From Mustelus asterias (Eukaryota): a DNA stretch of 64,000 nt. A model generated the notes under the pieces. That model worked only from the letters and a program-made list of their open reading frames with translations. It made no database searches and was not told the origin of the DNA. The position numbers and the translations under genes are program-made. Below, one piece after another: positions 1-12,984 of this stretch. The DNA lies in contig NC_135830.1 of NCBI RefSeq assembly GCF_964213995.1, positions 8,866,001 through 8,930,000 on the forward strand, in the 5' to 3' direction. Every line of letters begins with the position of its first letter. Position 1 is the stretch's first letter.

Positions 1-214
1 CATCCTGACTTGGAAATATGTCGCCGTTCCTTCACAATCGCTGAGTCAAAATCCTTAAATTTCCTCCCTAACGGCATTGTGGGTCTACTCACAGAACATG
101 TACTGCAGCGATTCAAGAAGGCAACTCACCATAACCTGCTCAAGGGCAAGTAGGTATGGGGAATAAATGTTGACCAGCCAGCGACGCCCATGTCCCAAGC
201 ATGAATAAAAAAAG
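1..214 (+). mobile_element. CR1-clade LINE 3' end fragment
   Basis: CATCCTGACTTGGAAATAT...GGCAACTCACCA..CTCAAGGGCAA..AATAAATG..ATGAATAAAAAAA; related 3' ends at ~2990-3200, ~17460 and inverted at ~19900-20110. Confidence 0.7.
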
Positions 215-950
215 CAGACGCATGCCATTCAGCTTCTCGAACTCGCCCCCCATTCATAAGATCATCGCTGATCTGTGGCCAAACCCTATGTACCTGCCCT
301 TGGCCCATATCCCTTGATACCCCTGTTCAATAAAAAAAACGATCTCAGACATAAATCTAACAATTGAACCAGCACCCACTGGCCTTTGCGGAAGAGAGTT
401 CCAAAAGTCCACCACTCTCTGTGTGCAGAAATACTTTCTATCAACTCTCCTGAACGGCTTGGCCCTGTTTTTTTTAAATTATGGCCCTTTATTCTAGAGC
501 CTTCAACTTATTGATCCGCCCGATCCTTCCCGTAAATATTTTGTAGATTTTTGTCAGAACACCCCTCAACCTTCTGAATTCGAGAGGAAAAGTCCCAATT
601 TGTCTAATTTCTCCTCGCAACTTAACCCCTAAAGGCCAGGTCTAATTCTTGTGAACCTGCGTTCAACTCCCTCCAGGACCAAAATCTTTGCAAAGGTGTG
701 CTGCCCAAACCTGTGCACAGTACTCCAGGTGGGCTCTAACCAGGATTTTGCATAATTGCAGCATAACATCTGCATCGCTATACTCCAGTCCTGTAGATAC
801 AAAGGCCAGAATTCCGTTGACCTGCTTGACTATTTTCTGCATCAGTTCGTGTCATTTTAAGAAGCTATTCACTTGAACACCCAAATCTCGCTGGGCATCC
901 ACTAAATTTTACTTTGTGCCTTTTAAAAACTACCTTGATCTATCATTTGG
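215..950 (-). mobile_element. Decayed CR1-type LINE RT/3' region
   Basis: Remnants of the LEYCxQFW coding region on the minus strand (CCCAAACCTGTGCACAGTACTCCAGGTGGGCTCTAACCAG), similar to younger copies at 11.0-11.7 kb. Confidence 0.6.
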
Positions 951-1409
951 ATTATTTGACTTTTTGTGGCATTATCTAAGCCGTTATGAATATTGTAAAT
1001 AATTGAGACCTCAAGACAGATTCCTGCGGGACACAACTTAACCTGTATTATTCAGCAACGTACATCTAATCTATAATTCGTTGCACCTTAAATTTGGGGA
1101 GTTTCCGCAGAAGGGGATATGGTATTACATTTATGAATGTGAATTATTTGTACATTACTCTCATAAATCATACCTGACAGCGATATATTTACAGTAACTG
1201 TAATTGCAGAATTTTGCCAGCAGATGGAATTGGCACCTTGATGGTTTACATTACATGAAGAAGGCACTGCCTCAATAAATACTACACTGGACCCTAACTT
1301 TGCAGCTCTGCCACATGCAGTCCTGAATGGTGATGGACATTTAAACAAGTAACTGAAGCAGGAGCCTCAAACGAAACCCCCATTCTTAATGATGGGGGAG
1401 CTCTGCAAA

Positions 1410-3200
1410 AGGGAAAATAAACAAGACTGAAACAATTGCTACCATCTTCAGCCAGAAGATGTTCCATCTCGGCCTCTCCCTGATGCCCCGAACATCACAG
1501 ATGCCAGTCTCCAAGGAGGTCAACTCATTCAACATGATAACATGGAGGATAGGAATAGGAGTAGACCATTTAGCCCCTGGAGCCCGCTCCGCCATGCAAT
1601 ATTATCATGATTGATCTGTGGCCTAACCCTGTGCTGAAAGCATTGGCTACTGCAAAGATTATTGATCCTGACAATATTTCAGCAATAATAATAACGATTT
1701 GTGCTCTGGAGCTAGCTGAGCCTTCGCCAATCTATTCAAGTATAGCTATATCACGGTCACATACACAACAGTCTGAGAATTGGCAGACATGACCTGTTTC
1801 TGAAGGCAGGACAAACCCAACCCGACCAACTACCGCCCAATGCGTCCTCACTCGATCAACGTAATGGGAACTATGAAGGATCATCTAAAAAAGTAATAAT
1901 AATATAATAATAACAATGCTGCTACAACTACAAATACTAGTATTCTGCTCAATGACGCTCTGTTTGGGTCCCACTAGGGGAACTCAGTTCCAGAAATCAC
2001 TGAAGCTTAGTGCAAATCTAGTGGAAATAGCTGCTTTAATGAGGTGAGGTGAGAGTGCCGGCCCTCGACATCAACGCAGCACTTGGCCGATTGTGGCATC
2101 AAGAAGCCCGAGCAAAGCTGCAGTCAATGGGGATCCGGGGGAAAAAAACATTCCACTGGCTTCAGTCATACCGAGCACAGAGTAAGATGGTTGTGGCTGT
2201 TGAAAGCCAATCATCTCAGTCACAGGGCATTTGCTGAAGGAACTCCTCAGGATAGTGCCCTCGGCCTAATATTCACGCTTCAATACAAGCTCAGAAGTGG
2301 GATGTTCACTGATGATTGCACGATGTTCAGCACATTTACAACTTCTCAGTGTCCTCAGTTCTCACTTATCGGTGTCCGTAAGCAGAAAGACTTCGAAAAC
2401 ATTCAGGTTTTGGCTGTGAAGTGGCATGTGACATATACGCCACCCAAGTGACAGGCAATGACCCTTTCAGGTAAGAGAGATTGCAATCATCTCCGCTTGC
2501 CATTAATGGAATGACGACAGCCGAAGCCCCACTATCATCATTTTGGGAATTACCATTGATGGAAAGTTGAACTGGGACAGTCATGTAAATAATATTGCTA
2601 CAAAAGCAGGTCAGATGCTGGGAATTGTGCGCTAAGTAACTCACCTCCTGACTTCCCAAACCTATCCATCATATAAAGGCAAAAGTCAGAATTGTGATTG
2701 AATATTCTCCACTTGCCTGGCGTATGGTCCTGAACCAACAGCCAGAAAGCTCGAAACCACCCAGTAAAAAGCAGGCGGCTGGATGAACACCCCACCAACC
2801 ACTTTAAACATTCACTCTCTGCATCACAGATGTACAACTCTAGCCGTGTGAACCATATACAACTTGTATAGGAGCAAAATAATCCTTTGGTAGCAACTTC
2901 CAAACACATTAACTCTGACACTTAAAATGACAAGGGCAGCAGATGCATGAGAACACAATTATCTGCAAATGCCCATAAAACCCCCACACTGTCTTGACAG
3001 GGATCTATATCACTATTTTTTCAGTGTCAATGGATGCAAATCTTGCAACCCCCTTCCTACCAGCACTGTATGTGTACTTACTCATATGGAACGCAATGAT
3101 TTAGGAAGAGGGCTCACTAGCACATTCTCAAAGGAAAAAATAGAAGTGGCAACAAATCCTACTTTACCAGTGACACCAAAACCTCATTAAATGATTTTGA
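1410..3200 (+). mobile_element. Decayed CR1-clade LINE ORF2 fragment, with a short inverted LINE-tail insertion at ~1535-1628
   Basis: Frameshifted RT-like peptides (ALDINAALGRLWHQ..KLQSMGIRGK; MFTDDCT); homologous to 16878-17500. Confidence 0.65.
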
Positions 3201-3403
3201 ACATGTCATATCTCTGCTTACGTTCAACTAGCCCCCACGTCTGTTTGCATTGCAACAGGCCATGTCCCAATCACATTACAGCATGTCCTGTCTCTGTTAT
3301 TTCTCTACTCGGCTCATTATCAGTTGTTCATAAGTGAAGCCAAGGCCTGTTTTAACGATGGTTTCTGAATTATGACTGTGCTGAAATATGTTTCAGTTAA
3401 TCA

Positions 3404-3690
3404 GGGTGGCACGGTGGCACAGTGCCAGGGACCCGGGTTCAATTCCCAACTTGGGTGACTGTCTGTGTGGAGTCGGCACGTTATCCTTGTGTCTGCGTGG
3501 GTTTCCTCCGGGTGCTCCGATTCCCACTCACCGTCCGAAAGAGGTGCTGGTTTGATGCATTTTGGCCATGCGAAATTCTCCCTCAGTGTATTCAAACAGG
3601 CGCCGGAGTGTGACCACTCGGGGTTCTTCACAGTAACTTCATTGCAGTGTGAATGTAAGCCTACTTATGACACTAATAAATAAGCTTTAA
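3404..3690 (+). mobile_element. HE1-type tRNA-derived SINE with an internal deletion in the head
   Basis: GGGTGGCACGGTGGCACAGTG..GGGTTCAATTCCC B box, GTGTCTGCGTGGGTTTCCTCCGGGTGCTCC core, AATAAATAA tail. Confidence 0.8.
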
Positions 3691-3944
3691 ATCTTGAATC
3701 TGGGAAGAGACTGTGTCTCAATTCCTACTGCATCAGAACCTTTATCTGTGACTCCTATACTGGAGCAACATCCTTCTTGCGTTACAAAAGTTTCGGTCAC
3801 TGTCATTACTCTAATGGTTCGTTAGATCTAATAAACTCGACACTGTTTTAGTTAATGCTGCACGAGTGCATGTATTTGTTTATTCAACACTGTGCCCTGC
3901 CTCTGTTATTATTGCATCATGTGATCCTTCTAATTTGCTGCATT

Positions 3945-4250
3945 GTCCATATCTCAGTGTATGCCAGTCTAGATCACATATTAATAATTATTACCAATGC
4001 GCTAGACTCTTTCTGAGTTTATATCAGTCTAAATATCGTATCTCTAATCATTAATAACACACTAAATTCTGTCTCAGTTTTTATCAGTCTAGGTCCTGCA
4101 TCAGTAATGATCATTAACACACTGGACTCTGTCTCAGTTTATGTCAGTCCAGAATCTGTATCAGTAATTACTGCGAATGCGCTAAGCTCTGTCTCCATTA
4201 ATATCGGTTCAGGCCTGTATCAGTAATTGACACTATATGTCTCAGTTTAT
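3945..4250. repeat. Degenerate ~60-bp tandem minisatellite (~5 copies)
   Basis: TCTCAGTTTATATCAGTCTAG..TCAGTAAT..CTAGACTCT variants recur in register at 3961, 4021, 4081, 4141, 4201. Confidence 0.75.
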
Positions 4251-5213
4251 ATCGCGCAAGTTCCTGCATTCGGTTAAATTGCACTGGACACCATCTCAGT
4301 TTTTCTTGTACTCGTTGATGTCATCCATATTGTTAAAATATTTCTTTCATGGGATGTGGGTGTCTCTGGTAAGGCCAGTATTTTGCCTTTAACTTCCCAC
4401 AAAACACTCGGCACGACCTCATTTCTATTTCACTGCATCAGACCTCTGTTTATATTAAAATAGATCCTGTCTCTCTTAATACTCCGCTTGACCAGGGCTC
4501 AATTTATGATGCACTCGACCCATTCCCTGTTTATATGACATTTGACCCTGACTCTGTCTATATTTCGCGAGACCAGGTCACTGTTTATACTGCAGTATAG
4601 TATGCCTCTGTCTGAACTATGGCTCCATTAACATTACTCCACGGTTCTGTGAGGTAGAGAGATAATATAATGCATAAATATGCTGGGCTAAAAAATCTGA
4701 ATTGAAACGGAAAGTATTGGATCGAGAGTGTATGCTGCGCAGGATTTGATATCGATTTTCAATGCAGTCAGTAGAATGAGCTTTCAAATATCACTTCTTC
4801 TTTTCCAGTTCCCAAGACTAGTCTCCATCCGTCAGAGTTGTACCTTCAGGAGGATGCAGAGAATCATGTTCCCATAGCCACTTTTCACATTATTGCGCAT
4901 TGTCCAGTGCAGTAATAACTGAGTCCGTGCCCAATATAAAATGAACATGGACATGGTCAAGTGCATCCAGTTTAGTACAGAGACAGGTCTACATTAATAA
5001 AAGCAGAGCCATTGTCGATCTCAATATGAACAGAGACATGGTGACGTGTAATATTAACAGAGACAGCATCTAGTTTATTATAAACAGAAAGTACGTCTAG
5101 TGTAATGTGAACAGAGACAAAATCTTCTTTAATATAAACCGAAACAGGGATTAGTTAATTTAACATCAGCAGGGACAGGTCACAGATGAGTGCAATATAG
5201 AGACAGGGCCTAG

Positions 5214-5490
5214 TGTCCCATCAAACATTCCAAGGTCAGGTGTAGCATGTGGTTAGGTTCCGAATGTAAAGCTCCCTCCACAGTGCAACATTCAACACTC
5301 CCAAGCAGGTGTAGCATGGGATAGATAAAAAGTGAAACTCCGTCCACACTATCTCAATCAAGCATTTCCAGCAAACGTAGACTGTTTAGAAACAGTAAAA
5401 ACCTCTCTACACTGTCCATTGAAACAATTGGACGCTGGGACAGAAAGGGTTAGATACAGGGAATGATCAGGAGAAAAGCTCCCTCTATAG
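5214..5490. repeat. Degenerate ~65-bp tandem repeat (~4 copies)
   Basis: Variants of GTCCCATCAAACACTCCCA.GCAGGTGTAGCATGGGTTAGATACAGAGTAAAGCTCCCTCTACACT. Confidence 0.65.
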
Positions 5491-7108
5491 ATTGAATTAA
5501 ATCCATTTAGTTAGAGGCCTGAAAATAGGCCTGAGAGAATACATTAGCTGGAGTTTGACTTGAAGTTGTTGAGTTAAAAACAATGACCCATCGTGGAGAG
5601 ACAAAACAAGACACAGAATCAGAGAGGAGAAAGACAAAGAGAGATAAAGCACATTAAATCGCTGCAAATACAGGTCAATATGAACAATAGTGCAGTGCTC
5701 TTTGCAATATATTTAGGAATCTCTGTTATGATGCATTTTATTCGTTGTAGATTGTGTTGCACTATGTCAATTTGCTGCAGATTTTAGTGATAAAGATTGT
5801 TTCGCCTGTCGTATTTTATTAATAGCATTCAACTGATACACTGGCGGTATGAGACAGAATTTTGTACTCGCAATATCGCCAGATGGGCTCCCACAGGCCA
5901 ATTTTCTAACCAATGGTTAATTGTTCATCTGTTTCAGAGAGAAATAAAACGAAATGGCAACAGAACAAGTTATGTTTGAATAGAATTGAAATATATATAT
6001 TTTCTGCAATTTCCATTCTTATCTTCAAAATTATTTTTCAGTTTGGGATGTGTTAATCTGCCCAGGCCCTAAGCTCTGTTATTCCCTCCCTAAATCTCCT
6101 TATCTCACTTTCCTCGTCTAAATCAATGCATAAAACTGTCCCTGTATTGATCGTCCTTTTAGTAATCTGTTCAAATATCTCCTTGCTCAAAAACAAGATA
6201 CTGCGGATGCATGGGATCTGAAAAATGAACTGCCAGAAACACTCAGCAGATCATTCATCATAAATGGAGTGATATTAGTGCACTTGTCCATCTGTCTCTC
6301 TCTCTCTCTCCTCCCTCAGTCAACACTGCAGTTCATCCTCCAGGATTCATAGCATTAGATCACATATCGTTATTACTGAATTAGGCTATGATTCCGAGGA
6401 ACATATTAATGGCCATTTTTGTATTATTGCTTACTATGGTACGACGATGTATATGCTTAAATTTCACTATATATTGAGTTTAGTTTTATTACACTGCCCC
6501 TCCTTCTGTTATTACTGCATTTAACCATGTAATTTTTTTATTGCACAGGAGTTGTCTCAGTCATGTCTGTACGCCACCATATCTCGTTTTATCTTTCTTT
6601 CTGCACTATATAACGCAACCTGAAGTTTAATTTATTAACGGACTGGGCCTTGATCTATAAGGGCTACAATTAACCCTGTCTCAGTTAGTACTGTACTTGA
6701 CGATGTTCGCTGCAATAATCCATTTGGTGCAGTCTTATACAGTAATGCACTAGGCCATGCCTCTTTATGTACTGCATTTGATTCATTTGAATCATTATTG
6801 CAATATACCTTTTATCTGTTTACATTACATTACGTGCCGCTTCCTTGATATTACATGAAGGCATGCCGTGATATATGCTACAATTAATCATTTCTGAGCT
6901 GTTGTTGCTCAGTCAATAGTCCACATATGTTACATTAGGTTCCATCTCAGATATTATTTTTGGTAGGTTGTATGTCATGCACTACTGAGCACACCCGTAC
7001 CTCACGTTGCATTACATTGGGTCCGAATAAAAAAGCAGGCACTGCCGCAGTTACTAATTTTCTATAAAATGCTTCTGATGGATGGAAAAAGAGGAAGACC
7101 AAGCTAGC

Positions 7109-7395
7109 TGGATGGCGCAGTGGTTAGCAGTGGTTAGCACTGCTGCTTCACAGTGCTGGGGACTCGAGTTCGATTCCTGGCTTGGTCACTACATGTGTGG
7201 AGTTTGTACGTTCTCCCTGTGTCTGTGTCGGTTTCCTTCCACATTCCAAAGCTGTGCTAGTTAGGTGCATTGGGAATGTCACAATCTCCCTCAGTGTACC
7301 CGAACAGCTGCCAGAGTGTGGCGACTGGGGGATTCTCAGAGCCGCTTCATTGCAGTGCTAATGCAAGCCGACATGTGACTAATAAATTAACTTTG
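7109..7395 (+). mobile_element. HE1-type SINE
   Basis: TGGCGCAGTGGTTAGCA A box, GAGTTCGATTCC B box, core and AATAAA tail. Confidence 0.75.
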
Positions 7396-7604
7396 AATAA
7401 ATAGATACTAACTTAAGAAATGAAACGTATTCGTGTGGATGAAAGGGGTTGGAAGTATGCATTTCATCTTGTTAATAAATATTCGGTGTTGCACATCCTA
7501 TCTAGTTGCTCTCGTATTGTGTGCAATAATTTCTTGAAAGCTTGGGATGAATCTTGTAACATCCTCTTGTTCAAAAGGAATTGAGGAATACAATAAACGT
7601 ATGC

Positions 7605-7810
7605 CACGTTGGACTGCAAATGGATACTCAGGGACAATTCAGCATGACCACTCCTCCTAACCTGCACATCTTTGGACTGCAGGAGGAAAGTGGTAAACTT
7701 GGTGGAAACCCACGCACACAATTTGCAAAAACCACACAGACAGTTACACAAGGCCGAAATGGACCCTATGCCCATAACAATGTGAGGTACCAGTCATAAC
7801 TCCTATGTAA
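7605..7810 (-). mobile_element. HE1-type SINE, decayed
   Basis: GGACAATTCAGCATGACC..CTAACCTGCACATCTTTGGACTG..GGAAACCCACGCA (reverse complement of the SINE core). Confidence 0.6.
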
Positions 7811-9364
7811 ATAATTGCAATTAGTTTTAAGCATTTTATGGTAATTTGTTCAGTATTTACTTGCACATTCTTTGCCTCAGTCAATGCCTAAAGTTAATGA
7901 ACTGCTCTGGACGCTCTTGAATGTGATATACAGCTGGCCATTCCACTGCCAAGGCATTGCATCTTTCAAATGACTCATTGAACTTCTCTCCTCTCTTTCT
8001 CTGTCTCAGACAATACCTAAATCGGAAAACCTTTCTTCTCTCTCTCAACCTCCTTTAGCTCACTTACAGAGGTACCCATGAGCCGGATCTGGCTACTCGT
8101 TCAAAAATGTTTAACTTTCATGCTTAAGGCAACTTGTGACTGAAAAGATGAAGCACAACAATCTCAACAGAGGAAAATTCAGTGCCGGAAACAGACCAGT
8201 TCACTCTTTTATACGCTCTCCTCGATTTCACTCACACAACACCTAACACACTTAAACTTTCTATTTTAGAACACCTGTGCGGGGAAAAATGTTGCTTTAA
8301 TTTTCCCTCTTTTCTCTCAGCGATAATCTTCAATCCGTCTTCCTTTCAATTAACCTACCTAAACCCCAAATATGATCATTTTCTTGATTCATTAATATGG
8401 CAATCGAAGTGAATGTAATGCTGCGACCGGCAGCAATTCTGTGACTGTTCTTGAAGCTTTCAGAATGAGTTCACCCTCGCAGGCAGGAAGACTGTTCACG
8501 GTGATAACATTAAACTGGCCCCGTTTGTTTCATTCTCAGGTAATATAACTTCCCGATTCTTGCTGCCAGTTCCAAACCACACATCTCACTTCTGAGCAGA
8601 AAATAAATCCAGGGGCCACAATCTGACGAGAACATCTGTCAGTGCGGCCTATATCTGTCCACAGAGCCAGGGCAGTGTTATAAAGATCACATTGTGGTGA
8701 CATTTACAAATGAGTCTGTTGTGATCTGTTCAGAGTTTCCATTCCAGGACATAACTGGATGGTCAGTGGATCAGTCACTGAGCTCTCCCAGGTTTCGTGA
8801 AGAAAGGAAATGATAGCTCTTATCTTGAATTGTTCGATCATTTTCTCTCCATCTGCTATTTATTTTTTGTTCTTCAGCTTTTATCTGTCAGCACCCCGTT
8901 TTTCTTTCTCCTAACTCTCCCGGTGTCTCTCTCTCTCTCTATCTCCTTGCCAGTGTTTTGAACACTTTTATTCGTGTTCAAAATCATGACGTTTTGAGTG
9001 GGGTAATTAAAGAGCGGATATTTCAACTGGGAGGACGGTCAGCAACCAGTGGGCACAGATTTATTTTATTAAGCAGAGAGACAGAAATGTAATTGTTTAC
9101 TTTTACACAAGAGTTGTTGAGGACTGGAATGAACAGCTTCAGAGGGTGATCGAATCAGATTTCACAGTAACTTTGAAAATAAATGAGATATATCCTTCAT
9201 GGAGTAAAATGTGAAGGATTTTCGAGAATAGGTCCATTTTAATGGTTCTTATGCATCATTGTCCTAGCATCATTTTTGAGTCTCCCCCTGTCCTTCATTG
9301 CGACTGAATAAGATGCAATATTTATACAGCTGTCGTCTTGTGCTAATCTTATGTTTTGACAGCA

Positions 9365-9435
9365 CGTGTGTGTGTGCGCGGTGTGGGGGGGTGGGGGGGG
9401 GGGGGTGGGGGGCGGGGGGCGGGGGGGGGGGGGTG
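9365..9435 (+). repeat. (TG)n followed by poly-G tract
   Basis: Directly visible; explains the Pro/Gly-rich spurious ORFs. Confidence 0.9.
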
Positions 9436-10926
9436 TATGGGAGGGTTGGACGTGGACATTTGCCAGGAACGATTCCGAAATTCAATTATTCAATTCTATT
9501 TACAAGCCATCACTTTGAACAAATTAGCATTGGATCGAACTTGTTTCGGAAAAGTGCAATAATCCTTAACAGTTAACAGTGAATTGGAACCTATATCTGG
9601 TTTTGCTACGTTTGACACCTGCCAGTTGTTATTGAACAATTTACTTTTTTCTAGAATGATCACACGGAAAAAATTGTTTATTTAAATGTTATATCATGTT
9701 CTGTCTCTCATATTCTATATATCTCATACATTAATTTACATGGCTCTCCCGGCCAGTTTATGTTATCATTGCGCCAGCACATCTGTCTATATTAGATTAG
9801 ATTCTGTCTCTGTTGTTACCGCATAATTTTTAATCATTTATGGGATGTGGGCATCACTGGCATCTGTTGCCCTTCTCTAATTGCCCTGACAAAGTGATGA
9901 TGAGCTGCCATCTTGAACAGCTACTGTCCATGTTCACCAGGCAATATCACTGTTTATATCCACCCTTATAATATACCTGATCCTGATTCATCGTGTTACC
10001 GAGATTGTACAACCTATACACAGTAGAACATATTTAGGATGGTTACCATGGAGTTGGCGAATGTAACGGTTAAACAGAAATATTGCTCCATCTCTGGAGA
10101 GCAGCTGATGTTTCAATCATTTGCATTAATAGGAATAAGAAGTCTGAGAATTACAGGTGTAATTATCTCCTGCCGCCATCATTTTCACAAATCAGCACAT
10201 AATTGAGTCGAAAATCAGGAACTTTAGTGAGACACGAAGAGGATCAATTTCCAGTAATCTCCTCGTTATTCGAGATGTGATTTATCCATTTTCCAACAGA
10301 TTTTTAATGACAGATAAGTCAACGCTGGGAGCAAGATAGTCAGATTGAAATCGTTTTGTGTGCAAGAGCACACAGCAGAATGGTTGTCAATAAATAGTTA
10401 CATATTAAATGTTCTTCAGTTGAAATACATGAACTGTCTGGTGTTTTCATGCACTCATGGAAGGCAGAGATGGACTGAAGGTTATCACTTGGAAAACTGA
10501 AGGGAAATTGCTGAAAGAAATCATTGCTCCAAAGGGGGTAATTGGAGAAAAGAATATTTAAAAGAAATAAGCACTCGAATGTCTAAGCAAGGTATGATAT
10601 GATAATTCTTAGACATAGAACCATAGAATCCCTAGAGTTCAGAAAAAGACCATCTGGCTCACCGAGTTTGCATCCCACCCAGGCCCTCCCCTCTGCCCTG
10701 TCCCCGTTAGCCCCACACATTTACCATGGCGAATCCACATACCCTATGGACAATAACAGGCAATTTTGCATAGCCAATCCATCTAATACGATCTGTTGTA
10801 TTATGAACGAAGGACGGGTTTTGTGCAGTGATACAGAGACAGTGTCGAGTGCATCAATTATTGATACAGCACTTGTACTAATATGAATGTAGACTGGGTC
10901 CAGTTCAGTGCTTACTGAGAGCGGGT

Positions 10927-11727
10927 ATAGAACAAAGAAAAATTACAGCACAGGAACAGGCACTTTGGCCCTCCAAGCCTGCACCGACCATCTGCCCGAC
11001 TTAACTAAAACACGCTACGCTTCCGAAGACCATATCCCTCTATTCCCATCTCATTCATGTACTTTCCTAGGCGCCCCTTAAAAGTCACTACAGTGTCGGC
11101 TTCCACTACCTCCCCGGCAACGAGTTCGAGGCACCCACAACTCTCTGTGTAAAAGATCTGCCTCGTACATCTCTTTTAAAACTTGCCCCTCGCACCATAA
11201 CCTATGCCCCCTAGTAATTGACTCTTCCACCCTGGGAAAAAGCTTCTGACTATCCACTCTGTCCATGCCTCTTATAATCTTGTAGACTTCTATCAGGTCT
11301 CCCCTCAACCTCCGTCGCTCCAGTGAGAACAAACCAAGTTTCTCCAACCTCTCCTCATAGCTAATGCCCTCCATACTAGGCAACATCCTGCTAAATCTTT
11401 TCTGTACCCTCTCCAGAGCCTCCACACCCTTCTGGTAGTGTGGCGACCAGAATTGACCATACATTCCAAGTGCGGCCTCACTAAGATTCTATAAAGCGTC
11501 AACATGACTTGCCAATTTTTAAACTCAATACACCGGCCGATGAAGGCAAGCATGCCGTATGCCTTCTTGACTACCTTTTCCACCCGCCTTGCCACTTGCA
11601 GTGACCTGTGTACCTGTACACCCAGATCCCTTTGGCCTATCAATACTCCTAAGGGTTCTGCCATTTACTGTAAATTTCCTATCTGTATTAGACCTTCCAA
11701 AATGCATTACCTCACATTTGTCCGGAA
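10927..11727 (-). mobile_element. CR1-type LINE, 5'-truncated (RT C-terminus plus 3' UTR)
   Basis: ORFs with KCEVMHFG, DLGVQVHRSL, LVRPHLE, QFWSPHY, LERRRLRGDLIEVYKI; frameshifted; AGAACAAAG tail. Confidence 0.9.
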
Positions 11728-12594
11728 TTTGTATAGCTAGTACTAACCAGCGTGATATTTTCTCACATAGACAGAAACATGAATTACGCAGCTGTAACAA
11801 AGTCAAGGTTTATTCCAATGTATGCAGAGACAATGTGTACTATAATTTAAACTGAGACAGGTTCTAGTGTAATGTAATCTCACATGGACGCTATTAGAAT
11901 AAAGGGATATAATCTCGTGTGATATAAACAGAGATGTGACCCAGTGGAATAAAAAGTGAGGCAATGCAGAGTAAAGCAATAACTGAGAGAGGATAATGTG
12001 TAAAATGAACAGTGGTATGGTTTGGCGCATTAATAAAGGACACAGCAGCTAGCGCAATAAAACTCCACCTGTTCAATCGGTTCAAATACTGTTCAATCTG
12101 ATTCTGGGCATTGTATGATATAAACTGAGACAAAGCTGATGCAATAATTTCAAACTAAGGCTTCAGATTGATAAAAGGTTTGACAGGGACATTAGAGCAA
12201 TAAACGAGTCATGAAATAGAACAATAATTAGAGACAGGATATTATTCGGTATAAACAGGGAGGTGGACTGCTGCAGCAGTGATTGAGGTACAGTCGAGGT
12301 TTCTTTATCCGTTGCAGATTCCAGCAATGTAATGTCAAATGAGGCTTGGTGCGGTATAGTGACAACTAGGATTTTGCTGAGTATAGAATCAATTGAGAAT
12401 TATTGTCACGTAATCAGAAATATGATTTTGTGTCACATAAACTGGGTCTAGTTTAGGATGGATAAAGACTGCATCCATTGCAGCAATAACTGAGACGTTC
12501 TGTTTCGCGTCGTGCCAAAGAGCACGGTTTCACTGCCATCTCCTGGACGTCCTTTGCTATTGCAGATGTTATGAAATGCTGATTTTCGTTGCTG

Positions 12595-12960
12595 TTTCTT
12601 ATTCTTTCATGGGGTGTACACACAGCTGGCAAGGCCAGCATAATTTGGCAGTCGCGAGTACTCTGAATTCATTGGTTTCCTAGATCATCACAGAACGCAT
12701 GTAAACGCCAAACACGTGTGGGCCTGGAGTCAGCTATGGGCCAAACTGGGAAATGATGGATGGTTTCCTTTTCTGCTGGGCATTAGAGGATCTGCTATAT
12801 TACTTGTATTGGCCGCAATTACGGAACGAGGTTTAAATTCAAAATTGCAATTGCATTTTAAAACCCACGTTCTTTTGCAGTTAGATTTGAACATACACCT
12901 TGAGAAAATTGCCTCCCCTCAGAAATCCTCTCCCAGTGATATTACCACTTTGCCACTGAC
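12595..12960 (-). mobile_element. Decayed Deu-domain/SacSINE-like SINE
   Basis: GGGCCTGGAGTCA..GGCCAAACTGGG..GATGGTTTCCTT is the reverse complement of the core at 24170-24240; CR1-like tail at ~12600. Confidence 0.45.
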
Positions 12961-12984
12961 TTCATTTTCCATACTGATAGACTA

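Noticed and set aside
5680-5730. Hydrophobic MNNSAVLFAIYLGIS as a fourth V leader
   Set aside because: No GT donor at the expected position, and no V exon or RSS downstream
9270-9576. Proline/glycine-rich ORFs (also 19932-20481)
   Set aside because: Produced by poly-G tracts
10102-10159. Octamer ATTTGCAT (10119) with E-boxes as an Ig-type promoter or enhancer
   Set aside because: An 8-mer is expected by chance in 64 kb, and there is no adjacent leader exon
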